Shown here: in pieces, positions 35,572 through 49,400 of the stretch
Layout: each line of letters begins with the position of its first letter
How positions within the stretch are numbered: the stretch's first letter is position 1
Assembly (NCBI RefSeq): GCF_006345805.1
Contig: NC_043005.1
Coordinates: forward strand, 45,942,001-46,006,000
Length of the DNA: 64,000 nucleotides
DNA from: Octopus sinensis
Lineage: Eukaryota
Reading direction: 5' to 3'
The notes under the pieces: model-generated
Seen by the model: the letters and a program-made list of their open reading frames with translations, nothing else
Database searches by the model: none
What the model was told of the DNA's origin: nothing
Translations under genes and position numbers: made by a program

Positions 35572-35607
35572 GTTTAACGTTTCGAGCGGAGGCTCTTCGT
35601 CGGAAAC
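35572..35607 (-). ncRNA. Minimal type I hammerhead variant in a ~190-bp Penelope-like fragment between (AT)n tracts (~35470-35658)
   Basis: Minus strand GTTT-CCGACGA-A-GAG-CCTCCG-CTC-GAAA-CGTT-AAAC. 4-bp stem I, 3-bp stem II, palindromic AACGTT helix III; U4 is replaced by C. Confidence 0.55.
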
Positions 35608-35656
35608 ATAGAAGGGAAGACAGAGGGGAAAAAATCGGCAGCGGTACTCACGAGGT

Positions 35657-35699
<43 letters not shown>

Positions 35700-37636
35700 A
35701 TATATATATGTATGTATATATTTATATAAACATTACTTTTTTTTAGTTTGCTGAAGTCTGAATGTTCCATATTTGCTTATTCAATATTGTATGTTTTCCT
35801 TCCTTTTACTGTTTGTCTTTTTAAAGTTCTGTGTTGGTATTTTTCGCAAGTCCTTACATCGTAGGCGTGTATATTATTGCTACTTCTTACCGCTATCTCA
35901 CACATGAAAGCCATATCGCTATGCAAGTAAACTAGAGTTTACAAAGTAAAACATTTAAAAAAAAAAACGTCAAAGCGCAATCAATATTTTATATTTCTAT
36001 TTCTCCACCCTAATCTAAGCGGGAGTGAACGTTCAACTGCTCAGAATCAGGATAAAAATAAACAAACAAATAAAATAAATTACAGAAGTGAAATATTGTA
36101 ATATTCTTACGTGAGCTCAGTTACAGACGCCTGCTCTTGACAAGCAACAATCATAATAATAATAATACATTCCAAATAGCCGCTACACTGACTGCTTTCT
36201 AGCTAGCTAACTTATCTTTTCTATCCAACCAGCTGATTGCTTTCAGCATGAACCAATATTAGCCATTCATAGAATGTCTACGCTCAAGCACACACATTAC
36301 AAAGACAAATAGCGGAGATTGGTTGGTGTAAAATCAATGCCAACCAACACAAACAGAATAAAAATTTCCTGTCGAAGTTGTTTGTCCGTTCTGGTGTGTT
36401 AATAATCGGCTAATGTTGAAGAGAACGGCACAGAAAATGACATCATAGGATGAAAACATAACAGTAAAATAAAACTCACCGAAAATTTTTATATTAGAAA
36501 ACCAGAAAAGGTTTACTGTCTGGTTTTTCTTACTTACGCAAACTGTAAACTTTTCAGAGAAGGAAAAACTGGCACGAAAACACCCAGTGACGCCTGCTGC
36601 ATGAAAACTCAGCGGTAAATTAGATGCTAATATACTTAATGTAGTGAGTCAAGAGATTTTAATTAATCAAAATTGCAATTGTAGTGATGAGAAAGGAAAA
36701 ATCATTATACTTAAAGACTAGTTCTGGTAATGACATCAGGGGAGATAATCGCGGAATTTAAATTAAAAATAATTCAGTATAGAATGCAACAGGGTTGACA
36801 ATATGGTGATAATACCAGATATGTTGTTACATGTGTAGGATTGCTCAAGAAAGAAAAACTAACTATTTGTGGTAGAAAGTAACCCAAAATGAAGATGCTG
36901 TGATAGAACGTAATCCCCAATAAATATGTACGTAGGTATGTGAATGAATTACCTACAAGTTGTTTTTTCTGAAGCGGTAATTTGATTTCTTTAATAGGAT
37001 TCTTAAATTTAATAATTAAGATTTTTAAGTATTAAGTAGCGAAAATTAATTAAATATATATTCGTAGCGTTTAGTTCTGTAAAGTAATGCAATCTGCCGC
37101 GAATAACCGAACTTGGCAACCTTGTACAAGTTTTCTTTTATTCTTTTACTTGTTTCAGTCATTTGACTGCTGCTATGTTGGAGCACCGCCCTGAAGGATT
37201 TTAGTTGAACAAATCGACCCCAGGACTTATATTTCAAGCCTTCTATCGATTTCTTTTGCCGAACAACTAAGTTACGAAGACGTAAACATACCAACACTAG
37301 CTGTCAAGCGGTGATGGTGGGGGGGGGGCAAACACATACAGAAAGACATATATATACATATATGATCACTCATGACCGAAGGAATTTACAATAGATTACA
37401 TATTATGCGCTGTATTGTGTATTGTGTTTTGTTATGCACGTGATCCTCTGGCCTCTGGAAAAATTGTATTGCATGAAATCGGTCAGTGGTGCAAAAATGT
37501 TTGGAGATTGCAGCTCTAAGAAATAGCTATGATAGAAATTTAGATTCTTTATACACAAAGTTGAGTTTGAGTGGGTTACTGTTAGCGTTATAAATTAGAC
37601 AACGAACTGGTAGGGTCTTTAGCGTATAGGATAAAA

Positions 37637-38006
37637 CGCCATGTTGTACTGGTTTCTGCATTCCGTGTTCGAACACTACGAAGACTAACTTTTTACGTTT
37701 TATATCCACTCGAAGTTAATAAAATAAAAAGTTGACATGCACTTAGCGGCGCAAAAATGTGAAAGTAAACTGTTCTAGAAAAAGGATAAAACACTAAAGC
37801 AAACTGCGATAGAAACCGGAAGTGACGACAATGATATCTCATAATTTTATAAAACATGAAAACCGTATTTTATATAAGATGAAAACAGTCACAAGTACGG
37901 GAAAACAGAAGTTAACATATGTTCATGAAGTTATGATGTAAATAAATCATCACTAGTCCCACACTGTTGCCTAAGTTTCTTCTAGGCAAGCATCCCTCGC
38001 CATTTT
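37637..38006. promoter_or_regulatory. Possible promoter motif cluster
   Basis: YY1-like CGCCATGTT (37637) and CGCCATTTT (37998), and ETS-CRE composite ACCGGAAGTGACG (37815-27), in CpG-rich unique DNA. Confidence 0.25.
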
Positions 38007-40756
38007 ATAGTCTGTGTATGGATTCCGTTATTATTTGAATCAACAAAATTAAGTGAATGGTTAACAACTTCGTGAGTATAGAAGTTGCCGTGAACAACAT
38101 AAGAAAGCCCCACCACCACCACCATCGGATATCAAACGTGTTTTATGAAATTTGTGTATATTAGTCTCGTGCCTTTCAGTTTTTATTGCTAATTTACTCC
38201 CACCATTTTTACGATGGAGAACAGTGTGTTATTAAATAAAGTACCAAGGCGATGGATTGGCGTATTTGCTTGAGCCTTGTAGTATATGTTCCCGGTTTTT
38301 ACATTCTTACTCTTGGATAGTAGCCGTAATTCATCACTCCGTTTAACACCAACACCTTACCCTTAGATGTCTGTTACAAGCATTCAAGCCAGGTTTCCCG
38401 TTTAAGGGACAACTTCCTCCTTTGCCTCACACGAGTTTCAGGGAACCTGAAAAAATAAACGGTCATTGGCACAGCTCTTCTTTCACTGACAAAACGGTGA
38501 AAAGTTTTTTTTTTTTTAATTCCACACCATAAAAAACGAATATCATAATTTTGAACTTAGATGACCGTTGTTATTTAGCTCCTGGTAAAATATAATGAAA
38601 AACAACCCAGACGTGGCTGTCTAGTCTTATTCGTGTATGCAAAGCAACACATTCTGATGTGTCATTTCTTTATCTTGTTTAGTTTATCTCCAAGTCAGGA
38701 ATGATCAAGCAAACTTATACGATCGAAGATATTCCGGTTGTGACCATCATGCCCCGCATCATTATTGTTGTTGTCTTCTTCTTCTTCTAATCAGGACTCA
38801 CGCCATTAGCCACAAAGAATAATCTCTAATTCGAGCCTACTCTAAGCTACTAACAATGCGTGTAGCAACTTGAAGATCTACCCACCACATGCGATAGACT
38901 GGCGGTTGCACGGGCGCGAAAGCTACGTTGTTATCCCCATTCCGTAAACGGTGACTTTTAACGGGTGGAGACCTGAACCATCCTGGGGTACAGAGGATTC
39001 GCAATCTAGACTAATGTCTGAAAGTTTACCACACCATAGTGGGCTACACCATGGTTCCTCTGCTTTGTGGAAGAAGTAGGAAGAAAGAGTGAGAGAAAGT
39101 TGTGGTAAAGAGAACACACACACACACACACACCTGCCGGAGCCTCGTGGAGCTTAGGTGTTTTTGCTCAATAAACACTCACAATGCCTGGTCTAGGAAT
39201 CGAAACCGCACTCTTACGACCGCGAGTCCGCTGCCCTAACCACTGGGCCACTGCGCCTCCACTAATTGTTGCTGTTCGAATATAATAAATTTTGACTACA
39301 TTATCCAATGTGTAACTTTTTATTCAATTTTATTTTAATATAGTAAGGTTTGAGTTGCGAGAAATTTGGTCGCTGTTTATTGCGAATCGAGAGGTCTCGA
39401 AGATGCCTTTTGTATTAATACCACTTGATATGATTTGAGTGCGAGTGACCGCTATTTCTAGCAAATCGAACGTCCGCAACCTCCGCTCTTTCGTTGGCTC
39501 AAACTCAAAATACTTCAACGAAAAACAGATGATACAATAATATTGAAGTCTTCAACAGTAAACACTAGAACAGGTTTCTATGTAATAAAATAAACTTTAA
39601 AAAAAAACGTTGAGTAAAAATTAAATACACACAGCGACCGATTCAATTCTTCATCGCTATCTACTCTATTTACACCTCTTTTCCGATCTATTGACTTTGA
39701 CAGAATTGCAGAGCAGCAAATTTTCGGAGCTATGAGGAGTAAATGTAAATAGATTACAGCAAAGTTTGTTGAATAAAGTAGGTTCACATTCAGAACAGGT
39801 TGGACGTTGCTATTTAAAAGACAAATAGAAAGCAATGATTTTATGTCTAGCTGTTAGTGTTTGGTTCACCTGTTCGAATAATCTGTCACCTCGAGGAGTC
39901 TGCCAGAAAACTAACAAATACTAAAAGTACAGGAATAAAGCAATGATTTAAACGAGAAAAAACATTATTTTCCTTATTTGCCGACATATAATACGAACTT
40001 CCCGCTCCCCTCAATCAAAAACTATCCCAAATAAAAAAATATCCCGGATCCCACAAAACCCCAATCTTTTTCCTTAATATGCACGTCTAATAATTGGGGT
40101 GCTTCTCACATGCCCATGGGTCTTTCATGCCATGAAATTCATGCGTGAAAATATTATATGAGTAGGCATACATGCGTATAACTGAATTAATAGACCGCTG
40201 AGCAAAATGACTTGTGGCATTTTGTTGCGTTCCCTTTATGCTCTAAGTTCAAAACCTGCCGATGTTTCACCTTCACCTATTGTATTTCTGAAGGGTCGAT
40301 AAAGTAAGTCGCAGTGTGGATGTGTGCTCGTGTTGGAACTCAATATAGTGAGGGCTGGTTTGGCAAGTACTTATGGACTCATTCATGGGCAAACTGCAGC
40401 CCGCATGACTTTCTGAATGGCACGCCTAACGAAAAAATTACCGTGAATTTTTTTCTTTTTTTCGTGGTTGTTATGATTAACAATGTCTCATGCGTCCAGC
40501 TTCTCGGAAAAGGTAGCTCGTGCCAGCAGAGCGAGCAAAAAGCTCTTAACAATCCTGGACCCCGTTGCAGTTTCAATTCCCACTTGACGCTGCGTATGTC
40601 TCTAATGGACTTAAGAAATGGAAGAAAAATTTAGTTCCTTTCTTCATGCCTCTCTACGTAGATGCTTCGTTAAAATTAAAAGGAATCAGCACATGTACTC
40701 AGAAGCATGATCTGTGTTAGGTTAGTATTGTCTCCTGTAGCCTTGAGTTGATAACT

Positions 40757-41957
40757 TATGAGGATGGGCTGAAAAATGCATAGGTTGACTATGAAGAAGT
40801 GATGCTAGAACTGTGAAATCTTGCATGCATTCAATTTCAACATTTCCACATTGTCTCTTTCCACGTAAACTGACATCTGACTGTTCAAAGAAGATTTGTA
40901 GATGTTCAAAGAAGGCTTCAAAAGTAACTAGTAGCGACTTCTTTTGAAAATTTACGAAGTTTGACATCGTAGTATTTATCAAGTACCTGCAGAAATTGGA
41001 TTTAGGCCCAAAGACATTCATGCTAGCGACATAATGGTTGCGACATTAGTGGGTAATGCACCAGATTTATCAACAGTGCAAAAGTGGACAACTGAATTTA
41101 GGAGGGGAAGTGAGGTCTAGACGTCCTACAACTACCACCACTGAGGAAAACATTGATCATGTTCATCACATGCTGATGGATAACAGGTGATTGACTACAA
41201 ATTAAATAGCCAATGTTATAATCAAATCTCGTGAGAGAGTTGATAATATTCTCCGGTGGGGGCCATGTCATCTGACACCTGATCACATCACAGGAAAATC
41301 TGACATTGTTTGAGGCAAATCCAACTGGCTTCCTTGAACGTTTCCTAATTCATGATGAGTGTTGGCGTCATCACTTTGAGCCAGAGATAAAGAGACAATC
41401 CATGTAGAGAAAACATCCCCACTCATCTGTTCCAAAGAAGATCAAGGTCATTTTATCTGTGAGGAAGGTGGTGGGCTCAGTTTTTTGAGAGATGCAAAAG
41501 TTTTTGTGTTTATTGATTATCTTCAAAAGGATCGCACCATCAATGGTGAGTACTATGCAAACTTGCTGAGGCAGTTACGAAAGGCTGATAGATCAAACTC
41601 GCAGGAAAACTGACGAAAAGGGTTTTGTTTCATCAGAACAATGCTCTCGGTTTCAATGGCTGTTGTGCATGACTCTGTTTGAACTAGTTGATCATTGTCC
41701 CTATTCTTCTGACTGTCATCTGTTCCCCAACATGAAAAAACACTTGGCTAAGAATCCGTATCGCAGTGGTGATGACGTAATATTTGCTGTTGTTGACGTT
41801 TTTGAGCAACAGGATGAAAGCTTCTTTACCTGTGGAATCCAAGCATTGGAACACCGATGGAAAAAGTGTGTGGACTATGCTGAAAAATAAACCTCATTTA
41901 GTCACATTCCATGAGAATATCTCGGTTAGCTTGTGAACTTATTAGCCGATCCTCATA
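40757..41957 (+). mobile_element. Degenerate near-full-length mariner transposon (~1.2 kb)
   Basis: TA-flanked ~33-bp degenerate TIRs (tatgaggatgggctgaaaaatgcataggttgac / gttagcttgtgaacttattagccgatcctcata). Broken transposase: TVQKWTTEFRRG, HDECWRHHFEPE, TINGEYYANLLRQL, HCPYSSDCHLFPNMKKHL..RWKKCV. Confidence 0.9.
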
Positions 41958-42042
41958 AATGATTGTAAATGGAATTTGGCAGTGAGAGAAAAAACTGCGC
42001 AGAAGAACGCTGTGTGTCCGCGTATGTTTACACCAGTTAACT

Positions 42043-42888
42043 GACTGTTGCCATAGTAACAAAGCTAAAGTACGCAGAGTAAAGCTGCTCGGTACAAATT
42101 GACCTTAAACTTTGCTGTGCTTGCGCACTAAGTTTTAACATTCTAGCTCATTTCCGCTGTTTACAACAGTTCTTAGTAGGAACATGTACAGCGTGTGATC
42201 GTCGCATTGACCATGACAGAGAAAGTTGTCATGGAGATACCTGCTCAAAGGCCTACGCAAAGTTGCCGAAAGTGTATGGAGACGAGGGTATGAGCCGCAC
42301 ACAAGTGTACGAGTGGTTTAGACGTTTCCAAGATGGCCGAACAAATGTCGATATTGACGAACGTTCTGGGAGACCCGCAATCAGCAGAACTGAGGAAAAC
42401 AGCTGTGAGGGGGAAATCGTCGAATCACCACCCGCGAGTTATCAGGGAATGTGCAGATTAGTTACGATTTAGTTCAGTTCATTATTACTGGAGATTTGAG
42501 TATGAGACGCGTGTCTGCCAAGTTTGTGCCCAAACTGCTTTCAGCTAACCAAAAGGGCACTCGGGTTTCAATTGTACAAGATCTCCTTGATTGTGTCGAG
42601 AACGATGAAAAATTTTGAAAACTTTACTTAGGCCTCTGAGCAGGTATCGCCAAGCTTTTAGCAAAATTTGTTGCAGATTCTCTGCTCAATTTTCTCTGTC
42701 ATGGTCAATGCGACGATCACACTCTACACACCTTCCTTCCAAGCACTGCTGTAGCTAGAACGTTGAAACTTAGTGTGCATACATAACAGAGTTCAAGGTC
42801 AATCTGTGCCAAGCAACTCCACTCTCAGTACTTTAGCTTTGTTTCTATAGCAACAGTCCGGATACTTTTGTATCAGACCACTTATGTA
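42043..42888. mobile_element. Second mariner derivative built from two inverted 5' ends
   Basis: Arms ~42043-42266 and ~42622-42858 are inverted copies that include the transposase start (MTEK..). The centre encodes HTH KVYGDEGMSRTQVYEWFRRFQDGR..ERSGRP..RRVSAKFVPKLL. The right TIR ends gtccggatacttttgtatcagaccacttatgta. Confidence 0.85.
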
Positions 42889-43229
42889 GTGTCTCTTTAT
42901 GTTAAGTAAACTAGTGGTTCGCCAAACAGATATGGATAAAATATAGACTTGATTAGTATAATCGACTAAAAATCTTTGACGTCGATGCTCCTACATGGCC
43001 GCAATCCGATGGCTGAAAACAAAAAATAGGTATTTCTTTCTTTGTTTTTATTCTTTTTTGGTTTTGTTTTTGCTTTCATTAACCCTTTCATCACTCCGTT
43101 TTTAATTATATACATAAATTGTGTTTCAATTAATTTTGAGAAAAATTAACATTTTTTAACGATTGAATAATATAACTTTTCATTATGAAGCTGGTGGTTG
43201 GAATACCTTCACAAAATGTTCTTATGGGC

Positions 43230-43790
43230 GCAAGCATGGCTGTATGTAAGAAGTTTACTTCCAAACCTCAGAGTTCCGGGGTCAGTCCAACTGCGTGGCA
43301 CCTTGGGCAAGTATCTTCTACTATAGTCTCGGACCGACCAAAGCCTTGTGAGTGGATTTGGTAGACAGAAACTGAAAGAAGCTCGTCGTACATTTATGCT
43401 TAGTGGCGTTTTGTCCGGCTATACGTTTTGAGTTCAAATTATTCCGCTATAGTTGATTTTATCTTTTATCCTTTCGGGATCGATAAAATAAGTATCAGTT
43501 GAGCATTAGGGTCAATGTAATCGACTTACCCCACTTACTGTATGCTGATGAAGTTCATAGCATAATAGTTTATTCCTCTGTCATCCTGAACTTGCTGTCC
43601 TTATGCTAAAATTTCAAACAAATTTTGAGCGGGGTGGTTAGTCGATTATATCGAATTCGATAATTCACTGGGTTTTTACTTTATCGACCATGGAGGAATG
43701 AGTAACGAAGTTAACTATGGTATGATTTGAACTCAGAAAGTAAAGAGCCGAAAAAGTACTGCAATGTATTTTTCCGGAGCTCTAACCATT
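43230..43790. mobile_element. Cluster of SINE A head and SINE B fragments
   Basis: Family motifs seen by eye. Confidence 0.7.
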
Positions 43791-44047
43791 CTACCGATCC
43801 CTACCAGAACCCATCTATGTAAGCAAAGTAAAAGAAAAATAGCAGTTCATGAAATGTGCGAAAGTATACAAATTGTTATATCAAAAGGAGGATTGAGGTA
43901 AAGAAGTTATGTTAAAAATCTAATACAAATACATTGTCAGATACTTGTGTAAAAACACACGCAAAATATATATACAGCGCTGGATTAATCAACAAGCAAA
44001 ATAAACACCTGCTTATATATAAGGCCTTAATCACTCAGCCTTATATA

Positions 44048-44270
44048 TATAGTAATCCCTCGACTATCGCAGGTGTTATGTTCCAAAACTTCGCACAGAA
44101 ATCATTAAAATCTAAAAAAAATAATAATAATAAATACCTATCGGCCGCAGAAATTCGCAATATACTGAGGATTTCGCGATATAAATTTACATATATTAGC
44201 CAGAAAAATCCGCGATGTACTGTGTGCGCGATAGGTGAACCGCGATATAGCGATACATACAACAACCCTA
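44048..44270. mobile_element. Tigger/pogo-like MITE, truncated
   Basis: Left end tagtaatccctcgactatcgc; right ccgcgatatagcga lacks the terminal gggattacta. Confidence 0.5.
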
Positions 44271-45069
44271 TCCGAAATAGTTGAATTCTTTTTTCATGAC
44301 ACACAAACATCTTAACTGCAATACTAAGACTAGGGGTACCAACATCAAATTAATAATAAAGAGAGAGGTAAGGTCTCTCTGACCAAAGGAGGGTAGATGA
44401 CAAAAATGTCGAGGGCAGGAGAGACGAAAGCAGTGTGGGGTATTTATGACCAATCACATCATTTAGCACGAAATATTTAAAATTTTGCAAGATAACAGAT
44501 TTACTCATTGATAAGCAAGATCATATGACAATAGATGTCTAGTTTGCAAGTTAATTACAAGTTTTTAAGTGCTTTTGTTCAGCTGGCGCAGAGAGCAGAG
44601 GCAGGTGGAGGTAGAAGAAAACATTGAATGAAAGGGATTCTCGTTGCTGGAGTGGCTTAAGGAGCAGAATACTCTGGCGCTGGCACTGATTAGCTACATT
44701 ATTCAACTCGTAGCAAGGCTGGCTTTAGAGCAAAGTTGATCCCATTCAGGAAAAAAAAAAAAAAATCTTTTAAATGAATTTTTACTGACACAATCCAGAA
44801 TTATTCTCTACATACTTTAATATTTAACTTTATCCGAATCTTAGGTAACCAAAATTTAGTTTCCTGTAAAACATTAAATAACCGTACACCAGTAAGCCAA
44901 AACCAGTAAAAGAGTTTGTTTTACGTATATCAATATTTACTGCCTAGTTTGAGTTAGTGTTGTAAATCTGACAACTTCTAATAACCTATGAAACACAAAC
45001 ATCATTAAAACATAAGCCACATTTAACACGAAACTATTTCAGAAACAAGAGCACTATATTTTGTCTATT

Positions 45070-45425
45070 GGCGCAGGTGTGACTGTGTAGTAAAATGTTT
45101 GCTTCTCAACCACATGATTCCAGGTTCAGTCCCACGGCATGGCACCTTGCGCAAATATCTTTTACTATAGCCTCGGTTCGATCAAAGCTTTACGAGTGAA
45201 TTTGTTAGATTTGTGTTTGCCCCCAACCCACGCCGACGCTTGACAACCGGTGTTTGTGTGTTTACGGTCCCGTAACTTAACTGTTCAGCAAAATAGACTG
45301 ATAGAATAAATACCAGGTTTTGAAAAACATAAGTACTGGGGTACACTCACTCGACAAAAATTTCTTCCAGGCGGTGCCCCACCATGGTTGCTGTCTAATG
45401 AGTGAAACAAGTAAAAGATAAAAAG
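45070..45425 (+). mobile_element. SINE family A copy
   Basis: ggcgcaggtgtgactgtgtagtaa head through the gaaacaagtaaaaga tail. Confidence 0.8.
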
Positions 45426-45669
45426 AGATAATTAAAGAGTAGTATAATTTTCTTTAAAGTATGAAATAATAAAAACTTGCGTCTGTAAAACCAAAGGGTC
45501 AGTCGACATTTTCACAGCTGTTAGCTTATAACTAAGTCGCCCAACAATGGGCATGTAGCTTCGTCATGGCAATTGTTCGACGGTTCAGAATTTACAGGAC
45601 TTGCTAAAAGTCGTCGTTAGAGTTGGAGCATAAATTCCAACAGTTTGTTGTGATTTTTTTTTTTTATCT

Positions 45670-46120
45670 TACTTGCCGTGTTTGGAGGAAGGCACAGTGT
45701 CTATGATCCTTGCAGACCCTCCCAAACTAGTGAACTCGATGTCGTTAATGCATTATTTAAAATGTTGCCGGTCAACACCAGTAGAAAGACATGAGCAGAC
45801 AAAATATTCGAAAGTGCCGATGTTCGGAGGAGGAAGGTCTGGAAATAGTGGTTAGAGTAGAATCTGGATGGGATTACATGCAACAAGACTGATGTGTGAA
45901 GGAAAGGTGAGTGGACCGAGGATGCTTACTTAGAAAAAGTAAGAGACAAATCATGCCTGAAGAACGACAACCATTAAAGTAATAACGGTAAAAAAAGAGA
46001 AGAGAGACAACGATTGTGAGCAAGAGACTGCAGCGTCTTGGTAACTTAATGCCAGTCAGTTGAGCAGCCCTTCTTCGGATGCGATTTAGGATGCTTTGTG
46101 CGTAGCAGTAGCACTATACC
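45670..46120 (-). pseudogene. Possible LINE AP-endonuclease region remnant
   Basis: GC-richer block; minus-strand pieces LTFPSHI..NP and PPPNIGTF resemble the endonuclease C-terminal region. Weak. Confidence 0.3.
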
Positions 46121-48635
46121 AGATGCAGGAACAGCACTCTGTTGCTGGGAATGTTTCCTCTGCGCTGGCTGTATTTCATAACTTGTGCATTAAAACTGGT
46201 TTTCGACGGCGTATTAACCAAGCGACACGTCTGAGAAAAGCGACGATATATTGGTTAAAATTCTCCATGGACGCAATCGTAAATCGTGGCAGGACAACTT
46301 ACTTTCACTTGGGGATTTAGTTTGAGTCTTCTATTATAATTCCATTGCTACCTAGGATGAATACTAAATTGCCCCACTAATTGAATGCTGTTTTATCATT
46401 TTACCGACTCGGAAGGCAGAATCGTTAACATGCCGCACAAAATGCTATGCTTAGTGACATTTCTTCCGGTTCATTAAATTCTGAGTTCAAATACTGCCGA
46501 GGTCGACTGTGTCTTTCATCTCTTTCGGGGTCGATAAAATAAGTACCAGTTGAGCACTGGGGTCGATGTAGTCGACTAAGCCCTTTTCCACTCAAAATTT
46601 CGGGCCTTGTGGTTACAATAGAATGGATTAATTTCTCGACTTGGAAAGACGAAAGGGTGTGGAGGCACATGGCCTAGTGGTTAGAGCAGCGGATTCGCGG
46701 TCGGGGGATCGCGGGTTCGAATCTCAGACCGGGTGATGTGTGTGTTTATGAGCGAAACACCTAAGCTCTACGCGGCTCCGGCAGAAGGTAATGGCGAACT
46801 TCTGCTGACTCTTTCGCCACAACTTTCTCTCTCTCTCTTTCCTCCTGCATCTTGCAGCTCACCTGCGACAGACCGGCGTCCCGTCTAGGTGGGGAACCTA
46901 TACGCCAAGGAAACCGGCCCTTATGAGCCAGGCGTGGCTCGAGAAGGAACAAACAAAAAAGACGAAAGGCAAAGTTGGCTTCAACTGGATTTGAACTCAG
47001 ATTGTAAAAAAAGCCACAAACTGACTATCGCAGACATTTTGCCAGACGATTTAAAGATTTTGCCAGTCCACCACCTCTACTACTTTTTTATATCATCGTA
47101 AAGAATTGTTTTTCGATAGACAAGCAACGATGTTTACTACACCAGTGTTATCATAGTAAATCTGGCTTGGTTATTTGACAGACAACAATGGATGACAGTA
47201 TATGTAGAGACAAGTTCAGATGGAGAAGCCAGTGAAATACCTGCAAGCCTGGTGAGACAAGTCAAAATATCAAATCTTGAGATCTTTGTTGTATATTTTT
47301 CTTTCTTTTACCATTCTTTTTATTTACTTATTTTAATTTCAATCTTTTATCGTTTGCTTGTTTCAGTTATTAGACAGCGGCCATACTTGAACACCACCTT
47401 GAATTTTTCTTAGTCGAACGAATCGACTCCAGTACTTAGATTTTAAAGCCTGGTACTTATTCTGTCCTCTTTTGCCGAAACGCTAAGTTACTAGAGACGT
47501 TAACACACCAATACCAGTTGTCAAGCGGTGGGGGGGGGGACAAATACACACACATATGTACTTCTTTCCGTCTACCAAATCCACTCACAAAGCTTTGGTT
47601 GGTCCGAGGTTATTATAGAAAACATTTGCTCAAGGTACCACGCAGTGGGGCTGAACTATTGGAGGTTTTTGTTTTTCTTTTTAGCTAAACTTGGCAAATA
47701 CCGTATCATTTCGATAACGCATTATTTGAAGCATGATTTAAGTCGGCAGAGAATAAACACATGTGGCAGATACAAATTTAAATCCCACCCAATCTACTGG
47801 CATTAAGTCCATTCCTGCTTCAATTAGTTAATCTAAGGAATTAGTCTACCGTTTTTCGGCTTTGAAGATGAGCTTACGTGGGAAAACTACCAGGAAAGAT
47901 TCAGTGAGATAAATTTTGTATAATGAGTGTGCGTGTCAGAGAGAGAGAGAGAGAAAGAATATAGACAAATAAATAAACATGAAAATAAAATAACACACTG
48001 AAAAGAAAGCCAGAAGATAAATATAATTGCAGATCACGAGCTTGTAAGAGCTACCTCAATTTTTTTTGTAGGCCCTTCCTTGCGGGAAAAGATAAAAACG
48101 AAACAAACTTATTTTCGCCAAATCTTCATTGCCTTGCAAATAATCAGGTTATTTTGAAAGCTTGATTCAAATCGTACTGAAGTCTCACTATTTCTCTAAA
48201 AAAAAAAAAAAATCTGGACCCTGTTATTATTAAAGCTAAAACGCACCCCTATTGTTTCAGTTGAATAATTCTAAAGTAATCGTGAATTAAGGCTGGTTTC
48301 ACAAAACAATTATAACAGGCATGGACGACCTTTTTCGAGAAACGGGACATATGAGGCCTGTTTCATCATCAGGAGGCCCGCACTACTAAATATAAAAATT
48401 AGATAATTTTTCATTAAGTGTGCCATTCGGAAAGTTCCGCGGGCCGCAATTTGCTCATGATTGAACTATAACTTCATTTATTGACATATTAAAAGTGTCG
48501 TTTCGCACACAACAAAAGAGTTTGTTAGTGAATCCTTTAGGGAATTTTTGTCACATTATTTAAATCTTGTTTATGAAATTACTTATGAGCCAATATTATG
48601 TGGCTTACTAATTAAATGCTCGTTATTATAGTTAT

Positions 48636-48885
48636 GGTGCGTGGCTCAGTAGTTAGAATATTCGGCTCACAATCGTAAGGCCGTGAGTTCAATTTCTAGC
48701 GGTTCGTTGTGTCCTTGAGCAAAACACTTTATTTCACGTCGTTCCAGTCCATTTAGCTGACAAAAATGAGTTGTACCTGTAATTCAAAGGGCCAGCCTTG
48801 CCACACTCTGTGTCCCGTTGATTCTCCCTGAGTACTATGTTAAGGGTACGTGTGTCGGTGGAGTGCTCAGCTGCTTGCACGTTAA
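48636..48885 (+). mobile_element. SINE family E
   Basis: tRNA-like head ggtgcgtggctcagtagttag..gtgagttcaatt, CORE-like gtgtccttgagcaaaacactttatttcacg, tail shared with 53286-53470. Confidence 0.8.
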
Positions 48886-49189
48886 TCGAATCAATTGGAA
48901 TACTTGTCATAACCGAGGAGAGTCGGTTAAAGTTATATTTATGGCATAAATGCTCTAATTTCATCATTTTTTTGGTTTGTTTTATTCACTTCTTTTATGA
49001 TTTTACAAAACTATTCGTACCAGCCGCAGCCACGGACGTCGTTATAATCCGGAATAAACAGAAACAAATAATCAATAGATTAGAGACATGAAGATGACTT
49101 ATTGGATCTGGCTTCAGAAAAATTTGGAAGAGAAAGTTTATAAAAGGTCTTCACTTCATTGTCTTTCTATAAAGGATTGCTGTCCGATA

Positions 49190-49400
49190 TTGGTTTCACA
49201 TTTTGGCACAAGGCCAGCAATCTGAGGGAGAGGTAAGTCGATTACATTGAGCCCGGAGTTCAATTGACGTTTATCGAACGCGAAAGGATGAAAGGTAAAG
49301 TCGACCTCGGCGGAATTTGAACTCAGAACGTAGCGGCAGACGAAATACCGCTAAGCATTTTGTCCAGCGTACTAACGATTCTGCCAGCTCGCCGCCTTAT
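49190..49400 (-). mobile_element. SINE family B copy
   Basis: Reverse complement of the head aggcggcgagctggcagaatcgttag and the central motif. Other copies ~34560-34750, 46390-46620, 54600-54810, 62360-62550. Confidence 0.85.
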
